NCBI GenBank assembly: GCA_965207735.1
Contig: OZ242296.1
Coordinates: 448,001-512,000 of the forward strand
Direction of reading: 5' to 3'
Length of the DNA: 64,000 nt
Source of the DNA: Candidatus Versatilivorator sp.
GTDB taxonomy: Bacteria; Acidobacteriota; Terriglobia; Versatilivoradales; Versatilivoraceae
Shown here one piece after another: positions 49,376-58,585 of this stretch (its first letter is position 1; the number at the start of each line of letters is the position of its first letter). The notes below the pieces were generated by a model. The model searched no databases. It worked only from the letters and a program-made list of their open reading frames with translations, and was not told where the DNA came from. A program made the position numbers and the translations under genes.

Positions 49376-50383
49376 TCAGATCCCCAGCAGGATCTTGCCG
49401 AACTGTCGGGCTTCTTCCATCCGCTGGTGGGCCTGTCCGGCCTCCTGCATAGGAAAGACCCGATCAATGGGTGGGCGCAGCTCCTGAGCCGAGTAGAGTT
49501 CGACCAGGGCATCGAACTCCCGCGGGCTGGCCATGGTGGACCCCATCACCGTCACCTGCTTCCAGAAAATCCGTCTCACCTCGATCTTCCGGGCGGTGCC
49601 CAGGGTGGCGCCGTAGGTGACGATTCTTCCGGCGGGCCCAATCAATTCCAGCGCTCTTTCGAAGACGCTGCCGCCGCTGCCGTCGATGATCACATCCAGC
49701 GGCCGACCCTGCAGCAGCTGGCGCAGCTTGCGGCCCCACTGCTCGTCCCGATAGTTGACGCCGCCGACCGCCCCCAAGGCGCAGGCGCGTTCGATCTTGT
49801 GGTCGCTGCCAGAGGTGACGAACGTGCTGGCGCCCAGGCAATGGGCGATCTGCAGGGCCAGGGAGGCCACTCCTCCGCCCACGCCGGTTATCAGGACCGT
49901 TTCGCCGGCCGCCACTTGGGCTCTGGTGACCAGAGCCCGGTAGGCGGTCATGCCGGCCAGTGGCAGCGCCGCCGCTTCTTCGAAAGAAAGGTGGGCCGGT
50001 TTGGGTTGGATGTTGGCGGCGGGTACGACGACCATCCGGGCATAGGTGCCGCCGTCCGGCATCCCCAGAATGCGCATTCCAGGTCCCTGGGCCCTGATCT
50101 CCGGTCCCCAGTCCAGACAGGGGTTGATCAGAACCGCCTGGCCCAAAAGGCCGGTCGATAGCCCGGAACCCACGGCAGCCACTTCGCCTGAACCGTCCGA
50201 ACCCAGAATGGTGGGAAGCTGGATGTTGGCGTAGAGTCCCTTGCGGATCCAGGCGTCGCGGTGGTTCAGCGCGGCCGCCTTCAGACGGACCAGCACCTCG
50301 CCGGCCCCGGGAACCGGGTCGGGAACCTCTTCCCACAGCAGTTTTTCGGGACCACCCAGCTCCTTCAGCACGATCGCTTTCAT
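49376..50383 (-). CDS. MDR-family (quinone oxidoreductase-like) dehydrogenase
   Basis: AAALNHRD, GSDGSG and ITGVGGGV. Confidence 0.88.
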   Translation of the reverse strand: MKAIVLKELGGPEKLLWEEVPDPVPGAGEVLVRLKAAALNHRDAWIRKGLYANIQLPTILGSDGSGEVAAVGSGLSTGLLGQAVLINPCLDWGPEIRAQGPGMRILGMPDGGTYARMVVVPAANIQPKPAHLSFEEAAALPLAGMTAYRALVTRAQVAAGETVLITGVGGGVASLALQIAHCLGASTFVTSGSDHKIERACALGAVGGVNYRDEQWGRKLRQLLQGRPLDVIIDGSGGSVFERALELIGPAGRIVTYGATLGTARKIEVRRIFWKQVTVMGSTMASPREFDALVELYSAQELRPPIDRVFPMQEAGQAHQRMEEARQFGKILLGI

Positions 50384-50409
50384 TGCAGTTACCTCACCTG
50401 TATCTGTGC

Positions 50410-51675
50410 TCAGGCTTCCTTGAGCCAGCGGTAGACCTCCCTGAGCCGGGGACGTTTACCATACATCAATGAGGCCGTCCGAAAGAGCCGGGAGGCCCCC
50501 TTGACGGCCAGGACAATTCCCAAGATCAGCACTGCCGTGGAGACCAGCACATCCACCGCCGGAACCTCGCCGGTGCTTAGCCGCAGCAGCATGGTGACCG
50601 GCGCCGTCAAGGGGAAGAACGAAAAGGAGCGGGCCAGCCAGGAATGGGGCTGCTGTATGAGGGAGGCGGCCAGAAACATTGGAATCATGCTGGTCATTGT
50701 CCAGACAACCGACAATTGCTGGCTTTCCTGGGAGGTGTTGCCCAACAGGCCGGTGCCCGCCATGAGGCTGGCAAACAGGAGATAGCCCAGGACCACGTAC
50801 ATCAGGCTCAAAAGAATCTGTCCGGGAGACAGGGTCATCAGGGTCAAAATCAGGCTGGCAGGCAGAACCAGCACCACCACGTAAAAGGTAACCTGCAGCA
50901 GACCGGCCGCGCCCAGGCCCATCATTTTGCCCATCAGGAGTTGGGTGGGAGTCACCGACGAAAGAAGGATCTCGATGATCCGGTTCTGCTTCTCTTCGGC
51001 AATGCCCTGGAGAAGGTAGCCTGAAGACATGAAGATGGAAATCGTCAGGAGAAAAAACATGATTAAGGGTCCCAGGAACCGCCCGACTTGCTTCAGCAGG
51101 TTGCCCTCAGGCTGGATCCGACCCTGTTTCGAGACTTGCATTTCCTTGAATCGGCCTGGCGTCAGGATTCTGGCCACGGCTTCCTTCTCCAGCCGCCCAC
51201 TGGTCAGACTGGCTCGCAGCAGTGCGCTCAACTGCCTCCGTCCGGTTCGGGTCAGTTGAGAGAAGATACCCTTTTCAGCTGCGTAGACAACGATGTCGCC
51301 GCTTTGCAGATAGTCGGCTTCCAACAGGAAGACGGCACCCAGATTGCCCTTTCTGAGATCCGCCAGAGCCTTGTCCAGATCGTCATAGGCCACGAGTTCA
51401 GTTTGATCCCCGGCGCCGGGCACCGGGAGCGGGTTGGTTGAACGGGTTGGCTTGGCGGCTGCCTGCAAGCTGAAGTCCAGAACTCGAGCGCGGTCGACGA
51501 CACCGGCCGGCCCCTGATTGGCCTGCGAATCGCGAAAGGTCTCCCTGGACAGCAAGCTGGCCGCAAAGAGTCCGCCGATCATGATCAGCGGCAGCCCAAA
51601 CAGTGTGAACAGGTAACCCTTGCGGGTCACGGTCACCAGGAACTCCCGCTTGCAAATGGCCCAGACCTTGCTCAT
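50410..51675 (-). CDS. ABC-2 type permease (NatB-like)
   Basis: EEKQNRIIEILLSSV...GK; TM segments. Confidence 0.85.
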   Translation of the reverse strand: MSKVWAICKREFLVTVTRKGYLFTLFGLPLIMIGGLFAASLLSRETFRDSQANQGPAGVVDRARVLDFSLQAAAKPTRSTNPLPVPGAGDQTELVAYDDLDKALADLRKGNLGAVFLLEADYLQSGDIVVYAAEKGIFSQLTRTGRRQLSALLRASLTSGRLEKEAVARILTPGRFKEMQVSKQGRIQPEGNLLKQVGRFLGPLIMFFLLTISIFMSSGYLLQGIAEEKQNRIIEILLSSVTPTQLLMGKMMGLGAAGLLQVTFYVVVLVLPASLILTLMTLSPGQILLSLMYVVLGYLLFASLMAGTGLLGNTSQESQQLSVVWTMTSMIPMFLAASLIQQPHSWLARSFSFFPLTAPVTMLLRLSTGEVPAVDVLVSTAVLILGIVLAVKGASRLFRTASLMYGKRPRLREVYRWLKEA

Positions 51676-52586
51676 GAGTTATCCCGCACCACCCGAATAA
51701 AAATCTCGTCCAGCGGGGTTCTGGCGCGCTGGAATGATTCTACCTCGGTCCCCGATTCCACCAGCCAGCGGAGGAATCGTGCCGGCTCCACTCCCTGCTT
51801 CAGGTAAACGGTAGCTGCAGCGTTGTGGCTGGTGAACCGGTCGATGAGCTCGCACCTCTGGTAGTCAGCCCCGGAACGAACCAGGAACGAAGGCTCGGAA
51901 TAGCGGTTCTGAATTTCGTCGAGGTCCCCATAGAGCACCTGGCGTCCCCGGTTGATCATGAATACCCGGCGGCACAGAGATTCCACCAGCGCCATCTGGT
52001 GAACCGACAGCACCACTGTTTTTCCCTCGGCAGCCAGTTCCTGAATGGACCTGACCAGCAGATGAACGTTGATAGGATCCAATCCGGTGAAGGGTTCGTC
52101 CAGGATGAGGATGTCGGGATCGGAGACAACCGCGGCGATGAATTGGACCTTTTGCTGGTTGCCCTTGGAAAGCTCCTGGACCGGGCGGTTCCTTAAATCG
52201 TCGATCTCCAGTCTCTTGAGCCAATCACGAGCGTTGCTGCGGACCCGTTCGACGGAGACGCCCTTGAGAGTCCCCAGGTATTCCAGCACCGCCATCACCC
52301 TTTGCCGGAAATAGAGGCCGCGCTCTTCAGGCAGATAGCCGATCCGGTTCTTGTGGGTCTCGGAAATGGGCTGCCCCTGGATTCGAATGGATCCGGCGTC
52401 TGGCCGAATCAGGTCGAGAATGAGGCGGATGAGGGTGGTCTTGCCGGCCCCGTTCGGTCCCAGTAGACCGAAGATTTCGCCGCTGCCGATCTCAAACGAA
52501 GCACGATCCACCGCGACGACCGAACTGAAGTTCTTGCTGACCTCCTGAACCGAAATGATGGCGTTGGGCGCGACCATAAGCGGCAT
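51672..52586 (-). CDS. ABC transporter ATP-binding protein (NatA-like)
   Basis: GPNGAGKT, LSKGNQQK and LDEP. Confidence 0.9.
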   Translation of the reverse strand: MPLMVAPNAIISVQEVSKNFSSVVAVDRASFEIGSGEIFGLLGPNGAGKTTLIRLILDLIRPDAGSIRIQGQPISETHKNRIGYLPEERGLYFRQRVMAVLEYLGTLKGVSVERVRSNARDWLKRLEIDDLRNRPVQELSKGNQQKVQFIAAVVSDPDILILDEPFTGLDPINVHLLVRSIQELAAEGKTVVLSVHQMALVESLCRRVFMINRGRQVLYGDLDEIQNRYSEPSFLVRSGADYQRCELIDRFTSHNAAATVYLKQGVEPARFLRWLVESGTEVESFQRARTPLDEIFIRVVRDNS

Positions 52587-52806
52587 ACGTTATCACGATG
52601 CCCGCGACCGGTCTAAGGCAATATTCTTCCCCACGAGGCACTGACTCTTGGGTGTCCATTTCAAGGGCTTTTGACTATAATGTCCCGGTTTTTTCGGGGC
52701 CGTAAACGCCGTTTCTTAACGGATTTCGGCAGGGAAGCTCCTTTCGCCGAGACAGGCACCAAGACCCCGCTCTCACGACGGGGAAACTCCGGTCGCTAAA
52801 GAATCC

Positions 52807-53409
52807 ATGGCAACCGAATCAGCGGGTTCCAAGAGAACAGGGCTGAAACGCGTGCGCTCGAAGAGGGCACTGGTAATCGAGGCCCTGTTCCTGATGGGTT
52901 TATGGCTCAATCTGAGCGGCCGTTTCGACCCCTTCCACTTGGCATTGGGTGTGGGCTCGGTATTGTTGGTGATGTGGGTCAATGCGCCCCTCAAGCAGAC
53001 CCAGCTGTACAGTGGCGATACGTTTGCCTGGGATCGGGCCAACTACTGGGCCCTGCTAGGCTATTTGCCCTGGCTGGGGTGGGAAATCCTGTTGGGCAGC
53101 ATGCAGGTGGCCTACCTGGTGTTGCACCCCAGGATGCCTGTGAAGCCTTGCCTGATTTACTTCCGGGTGAATCTGCCCAACCTGGCGGCCCGGGTGACCC
53201 TCGGTAACTCCATCACCCTGACACCGGGCACGGTGACGATCCGAATCCGGGAAAATGAATTCGTGGTCCATGCACTTACCCGAGAATCGGCGGAAAGCCT
53301 GGTGCACGGCACCATGCCGCTACGCATTTCGAGGATCTTCAACGGTCCGCAAGAGCACGTGGTCAGCCAAGTCCGGGTGGTCGAGCTGGAAGGCTCAACC
53401 GCAAATTGA
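52807..53409 (+). CDS. mrpE: Mrp Na+/H+ antiporter subunit E
   Basis: NSITLTPGT and VHAL. Confidence 0.9.
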   Translation: MATESAGSKRTGLKRVRSKRALVIEALFLMGLWLNLSGRFDPFHLALGVGSVLLVMWVNAPLKQTQLYSGDTFAWDRANYWALLGYLPWLGWEILLGSMQVAYLVLHPRMPVKPCLIYFRVNLPNLAARVTLGNSITLTPGTVTIRIRENEFVVHALTRESAESLVHGTMPLRISRIFNGPQEHVVSQVRVVELEGSTAN

Positions 53410-53678
53410 TGCAAGACGTCTTTCTCTACCTCGCCATCGTCCTGTCCGTCATCATTCCTTTGCCCTTCTACCGCGTGTTGAAGGGCCCCACCATTTTTGA
53501 CCGGCTCCTGGGTGCAAGCGCCATTGGCACCAAGACGCTGGTGCTGGTCTGTCTGATCGGCTTTCTCTACGGACGGATCGAGTTGTTTGTCGATATTGCC
53601 CTGGCCTACGCCATCCTGAACTTCATCGGTCTGGTAGCCGTGGCCAGGTACTTCCAGAGCCACCCCAAGGAAAGATGA
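53409..53678 (+). CDS. mrpF: Mrp subunit F
   Basis: GPTIFDR and DIALAYA. Confidence 0.88.
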   Translation: MQDVFLYLAIVLSVIIPLPFYRVLKGPTIFDRLLGASAIGTKTLVLVCLIGFLYGRIELFVDIALAYAILNFIGLVAVARYFQSHPKER

Positions 53679-54010
53679 ACACCTTCAGAGAACTATTGGC
53701 ATTGACGATGGTCTTCGCGGGGAGTTTCTTCCTGCTGGTGGGCAGCGTGGGCATTCTGCGCCTGCCGGATATTTTCTGTCGAACTCACGCTACCAGCAAG
53801 AACGATACCCTGGGCATCCTGCTGACCATTGGAGGCCTGGCGGTGTTCGAGGGTTTTACGCTGACAAGCCTCAAGCTGGTCACGGCCCTGGTCTTTGTGG
53901 CCTTGGCCTACCCTATCGGGTCTCATGTCCTGGTCAACGCAGCCGCACGCTTCCACTGGCGGCGACAGCCCGGTGGCGCCCCGCGGCGTGATGCAGGGGA
54001 GAATTCATAG
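53675..54010 (+). CDS. mrpG: Mrp subunit G
   Basis: RLPD...RTHA.SK..TLG. Confidence 0.88.
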   Translation: MNTFRELLALTMVFAGSFFLLVGSVGILRLPDIFCRTHATSKNDTLGILLTIGGLAVFEGFTLTSLKLVTALVFVALAYPIGSHVLVNAAARFHWRRQPGGAPRRDAGENS

Positions 54011-54255
54011 TGTATTTCGGGCTGGAAACCACCCTGGGGTTGTTCTTGCTGGCTGCGGCGCTGATTGCTCTTCGGTTGAGAAACCTGTTGGCAGCCGCGG
54101 TAACCCTGTCGGTATTCAGCTTCATTTCGGCCTTGATCTACCTGGTAATGGGGGCGGTCGACGTGGCGTTTACCGAAGCCGTGGTGGGCGCCGGCATCAC
54201 GGGAGTGCTGTTCATCGTGGTGCTGTTCCATACCTCCCGCCGGAGCATCGATTGA
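54010..54255 (+). CDS. Mrp DUF4040 / MbhD-like subunit
   Basis: AVDVAFTEAVVGAG. Confidence 0.82.
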   Translation: MYFGLETTLGLFLLAAALIALRLRNLLAAAVTLSVFSFISALIYLVMGAVDVAFTEAVVGAGITGVLFIVVLFHTSRRSID

Positions 54256-54545
54256 GAAAGACCTCTCTGATCGCGTTGGTTCTTTTCGGCGCCTTGCTGC
54301 TCTATGCCTCTTCCGGTCTGCCCGGCCACGGCGACCGCGATGCGCCCAGCCACCGGGAGCAAAGCCGGGTGGGCTCCCCCGGCGCGGCTGCCCACTATAT
54401 CCGCCAGGCCAAGGGGGATGCGGCCTCCCCCAACATCGTGACCGTGGTGCTGGCGGACTACCGCGGCTTCGACACGCTGGGAGAGACGATCGTGGTCTTT
54501 ACCGCCGGACTGGTCTGTTACTTGATTCTCAGAAGGAACCCATGA
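54252..54545 (+). CDS. Mrp MbhE-like subunit
   Basis: NIVTVVLADYRGFDTLGE; TTG start. Confidence 0.8.
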   Translation: MRKTSLIALVLFGALLLYASSGLPGHGDRDAPSHREQSRVGSPGAAAHYIRQAKGDAASPNIVTVVLADYRGFDTLGETIVVFTAGLVCYLILRRNP

Positions 54546-54982
54546 CCACCAGTTCCAGGAATCCGATTCTGATCACCGCCAGCCGGCTGCTGGCTCCCTT
54601 CATACAGTTGTTTGCTCTTTATGTGATCTTTCACGGCCACTACGGTCCCGGGGGGGGATTCCAGGGAGGCGCGATGCTGGCCGCCAGCGTACTGCTGCTT
54701 CGGCTCTCAGTGGGTGCGGAGAGGTCGGAGCTCAAATTCAGGAAATCCTGGGGCACGCCGGTTGGGGCGCTGGGAGCCCTGATCTTTGCCGGAACCGGCC
54801 TGCTCACCCTCCTGCTGGGCGGCCGGTTTCTGGAATATCACTTTCTGCCGCTTCCGGATCTTAGTCGGGCCGAGCTTCATTCCGCCGGGATTCTACTGAT
54901 TGAGGTCGGGGTGGGCCTGGCAGTCATGGCGGTGCTGGTGGCGATTTACGACGACATCATGGAGGGGCCGGGTGGGGATTGA
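54542..54982 (+). CDS. mrpB: Mrp subunit B
   Basis: GHYGPGGGFQGG. Confidence 0.88.
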   Translation: MTTSSRNPILITASRLLAPFIQLFALYVIFHGHYGPGGGFQGGAMLAASVLLLRLSVGAERSELKFRKSWGTPVGALGALIFAGTGLLTLLLGGRFLEYHFLPLPDLSRAELHSAGILLIEVGVGLAVMAVLVAIYDDIMEGPGGD

Positions 54983-55343
54983 GTTCATCGCCGGTCACAA
55001 CCTGTACTGGATCATTTCACTCCTGCTTCTGGTGGGGCTTTACGGGATGCTCGCCAAGCGTAACCTGGTGAAGAAATTGATTGGCATGAATATCTTCCAG
55101 ACCGCCATCATCCTGTTCTATATTGCCAGCGCCTCCAAGTGGAACGCCACCGTTCCGGTCATCGACCCTGCTTTGGGTTCGGTGGACCCGGCTCACTACA
55201 TCAATCCGTTGCCCCACACCTTGATGCTGACGGCCATCGTGGTGAGCGTGGCCACCACCGGCGTGGGATTTGCGCTGCTCATCAGCATCTATCGGCGATA
55301 CAGGACCCTGGATGAAGATACGTTGTTGAAACGAATGAGATGA
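54972..55343 (+). CDS. mrpC: Mrp subunit C
   Basis: NPLPHTLMLTAIVV. Confidence 0.88.
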   Translation: MGIEFIAGHNLYWIISLLLLVGLYGMLAKRNLVKKLIGMNIFQTAIILFYIASASKWNATVPVIDPALGSVDPAHYINPLPHTLMLTAIVVSVATTGVGFALLISIYRRYRTLDEDTLLKRMR

Positions 55344-56848
55344 TCGAAGCCAACCTGCCCCTGCTGGTCCCGCTCACCTTTCTCATTTCCGCCCTCGTTA
55401 TCCCCCTGATCGGCCTCAGGGTTCCGGGCGCCGCCTACCCTCTGGCGTTGGCCGCGGTTCTCGCGACCATTCCCATTGCGGGTTTCGGGTTGTACCGGGT
55501 GATGGCTGGCGGACCGGTATCCTACACCCTGGGGGGGTGGGAAGCTCCGATCGGGATCGAGTTCGTGTTGGATCCACTTGCGTCGTTCCTGACCCTGCTG
55601 GTGACGGTCGTTTCCTGCCTGGTCTTGATTCATGCCCGCCATGTCGCCTCGGTAGAGCACCCGGACAAGCAGGTCCCCTACTACAGCCTGGTGCTGCTGC
55701 TGCTGGCCGGCTTTTGTGGAATCATGGCAACCGGGGATCTCTTCAATCTCTATGTTTTCCTCGAGATCAGTTCTCTCGCGGGCTACGGGCTGGTAGCCAT
55801 CGGAGACAAACGTTCGCCGGTATCGGCCTATCGCTACCTCATTCTGGGGAGCGTCGGAACCGGGTTCTATCTGCTGGGCACCGGATTCATCTATGTCATG
55901 AGCGGGTCCTTGAACATGGCCGACGTAGCTCGAATGCTCCCCGAGATCCTCGACCAGCCGCCCGTCCTGGCCGGGTTGATCCTGATGGTGACGGGTATCG
56001 GCCTCAAGATGGCGCTTTTCCCGCTGCACTTCTGGCTTCCGGATGCTTATTCCAGCGCATCCTCGGTCAGTTCGGCGCTGCTGGCGCCGTTGGGCACCAA
56101 GGTTGGCGCCTATATCCTGATTCGAATTCTATTCTTTGTTTTCGATCCGGCCGCGGTGGAGCAGAGGGTGCCCATCACTTCCGTAATCGCCTGGCTCTCG
56201 GCAGGGGGAGTCCTCTACGGGTCGCTCATGGCCCTGGCCCAGCGGGAACTCAAACGAATGCTGGCCTACAGCAGCGTGGCACAGATCGGGTATATCGGGC
56301 TGGGTCTGGGAATGGCCAATCCCCTGGGTTTCACCGGAGCGGTGCTCCATATCCTCAATCATGCGCTCATGAAAGCCGCCCTCTTCCTGGTTGCAGGCAA
56401 TTTGCGGGTGCAGCTCGGCCATTCCAACATCGCAGCCATGGACCACCGACTGAGTCGTCAAATGCCCTGGTCGATGGCCGCATTCGTGGTGGCAGCCTTG
56501 TCCATGATCGGCCTACCGCCGACGGCGGGATTTTTCAGCAAGTGGTATCTGGTGCTGGGAGGCATCCAGGGTTCCTACTGGGTTTTTGTGGGCGTGATTC
56601 TGCTGGGGGGATTGCTCAACGCCATCTACTTTTTCAGAGTCGTTGAGAGGGTGTATCTGCCGTTTCGGAGAGGGCTGTCGGACCAGGCCGCCCCAAACGG
56701 CGGACAGGAGGTTGCGGAAAACAGGGAAGCCAGGTTTTCCATGCTGGCTCCCACTCTGGTTCTGGCGGGAGCACTCCTGGTGCTGGGCCTGGCCAGCTCC
56801 TTCCTGGTGAATCGGGTGATTCATCACATGATTCCGGCAGGCCTTTAG
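55340..56848 (+). CDS. mrpD: Mrp subunit D-like antiporter subunit
   Basis: DLFNLYVFLE, KMALFPLHFWLPDAY and GLPPTAGFFSK. Confidence 0.88.
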   Translation: MIEANLPLLVPLTFLISALVIPLIGLRVPGAAYPLALAAVLATIPIAGFGLYRVMAGGPVSYTLGGWEAPIGIEFVLDPLASFLTLLVTVVSCLVLIHARHVASVEHPDKQVPYYSLVLLLLAGFCGIMATGDLFNLYVFLEISSLAGYGLVAIGDKRSPVSAYRYLILGSVGTGFYLLGTGFIYVMSGSLNMADVARMLPEILDQPPVLAGLILMVTGIGLKMALFPLHFWLPDAYSSASSVSSALLAPLGTKVGAYILIRILFFVFDPAAVEQRVPITSVIAWLSAGGVLYGSLMALAQRELKRMLAYSSVAQIGYIGLGLGMANPLGFTGAVLHILNHALMKAALFLVAGNLRVQLGHSNIAAMDHRLSRQMPWSMAAFVVAALSMIGLPPTAGFFSKWYLVLGGIQGSYWVFVGVILLGGLLNAIYFFRVVERVYLPFRRGLSDQAAPNGGQEVAENREARFSMLAPTLVLAGALLVLGLASSFLVNRVIHHMIPAGL

Positions 56849-56861
56849 GACCTGAGCACTG

Positions 56862-58364
56862 ATGAACGATTTATCGACCTATCCGTCGGCCATACCGCTG
56901 CTGGCCATCCTGGTTTCCGCGGCAAGCGTGCCGTTGATCGGGATCAGCTCGCGCCGTCCCAACCTGAGGGAATTCTGGACGCTCTTGGCCGCCGGCGCCA
57001 AGTTCGCGCTGGTGCTGTCGCTTCTCCCATCGGCGTTGGCGAACCGCGTGGCGGAGACGCGACTGTTCGAGATCTCGCGCGGAATCGACCTGACCTTGAG
57101 GGCCGACGCGTTTGGCGTCTATTTCGCGCTAATCGCTTCGGGCCTCTGGATATTGACTTCGATCTATTCCATCGGGTATGTCCGAGGTCTCAAGGAAAAG
57201 CACCAGACCCGCTATTTTGCCTGCTTTGCCCTCTGCCTTTCGGCGACTCTGGGTGTGGCCTTCGCCGCCAACCTGCTGACCTTCGTCATATTTTTCGAAG
57301 TCCTGACCATTTCCACCTATCCGTTGGTGATTCACAAGCAAACCCCGGAAGCCATCGCGGCCGGCCGCAAGTATCTGGCCTTTACCCTGACGGCCGGGGC
57401 GGTGCTGGTGGCTGCCATGGCCGCCATGGTCCAGTTGACGGGAACCCTGGAATTCCAGCCGGGTGGCCTGCGCGCCTTGCAGGAACTGTCGCCGGTCGAG
57501 GTCAAGATCCTGTTCGGGATGTTGCTGGCAGGAGTGGGAGTGAAGGCAGCCATCATGCCCCTGCACGCCTGGTTGCCCGCGGCCATGGCGGCTCCCACCC
57601 CGGTCAGTGCCTTGCTCCACGCCGTGGCCGTCGTAAAATCGGGGGTTTTCGGCGTGGTTCGAGTGGTGGGCTTCCTCTTCGGGCCGGAGACGCTCAGTCG
57701 ATTCGGACTCAATGAGGTCATGCTCTGGCTGGCCGGCAGTACTATTCTGCTGGCCTCCTGCCTGGCCTTTGCGGAGGATAACTTGAAGCGGCGCCTGGCC
57801 TACTCCACCGTCGGCCATCTCTCATACGTGGTTTTGGGGGCCGGACTGCTCTCTCCGAGCGGCTTGATCGGGGGGGTGCTGCACATTGCCAACCACGCCA
57901 CCATGAAGATCGTCCTGTTTTTCTGCGCCGGGGCCATTTACGTGAATGCCCACAAGGAAAAGATCAGTGAGCTGGATGGCATCGGTCGAGCCATGCCCTG
58001 GACCATGGGGGCTTTTGCCCTGGCCTCGTTGGGCCTTGCAGGGGTTCCGCCGGTCAATGGCTTTGTCAGCAAGTGGTACCTCGGGCTGGGCGCTCTGGAA
58101 GGTGGCAGCGTCGCGGTTGTGGCGATTCTCCTCATCAGCGGTGTGCTCAATGCCGGATACTTCGTGCCCATTGTCTACCGGGCCTTCTTCAAGCAGTCCG
58201 AAAACTTCAATTCCATCGGGGAGGCATCTGCCTGGATGGTAGTTCCCTTGATCCTGGCTGCCTGTTTCTCGGCATCGATGGGCCTGATGCCGGACCTGTT
58301 CTTTCACTTCCTTACTCTGGCAGAGCGGATCGCCGCCCAGATCCTGGAGGCCTCAAACCCATGA
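56862..58364 (+). CDS. Mrp subunit D/A-like antiporter subunit
   Basis: PLHAWLPAAMAAPTPVSALLHAVAVVK. Confidence 0.85.
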   Translation: MNDLSTYPSAIPLLAILVSAASVPLIGISSRRPNLREFWTLLAAGAKFALVLSLLPSALANRVAETRLFEISRGIDLTLRADAFGVYFALIASGLWILTSIYSIGYVRGLKEKHQTRYFACFALCLSATLGVAFAANLLTFVIFFEVLTISTYPLVIHKQTPEAIAAGRKYLAFTLTAGAVLVAAMAAMVQLTGTLEFQPGGLRALQELSPVEVKILFGMLLAGVGVKAAIMPLHAWLPAAMAAPTPVSALLHAVAVVKSGVFGVVRVVGFLFGPETLSRFGLNEVMLWLAGSTILLASCLAFAEDNLKRRLAYSTVGHLSYVVLGAGLLSPSGLIGGVLHIANHATMKIVLFFCAGAIYVNAHKEKISELDGIGRAMPWTMGAFALASLGLAGVPPVNGFVSKWYLGLGALEGGSVAVVAILLISGVLNAGYFVPIVYRAFFKQSENFNSIGEASAWMVVPLILAACFSASMGLMPDLFFHFLTLAERIAAQILEASNP

Positions 58365-58585
58365 AACGGTGGCACTGGATTTCGCTGGCGGCGCTCATGG
58401 CAGGTTCCCTGATCTTGGAACGGACCGCTGCCCACGACCCCTCGCACGCTTCTTCCTGGTGGCACCATATTCCCGGCTTTTACGCATGGTTGGGGTTCCT
58501 CGGCTGCATCGGGATCATTGTGGTGTCCAAGCTGCTGGGGCGGAAGTGGCTGCAAAAGGACGAGCGCTACTATGATGGGAAGTGA
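58361..58585 (+). CDS. Small membrane protein in the Mrp operon
   Basis: IPGFYAWLGFLGC...YY; overlaps both neighbours. Confidence 0.7.
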   Translation: MKRWHWISLAALMAGSLILERTAAHDPSHASSWWHHIPGFYAWLGFLGCIGIIVVSKLLGRKWLQKDERYYDGK

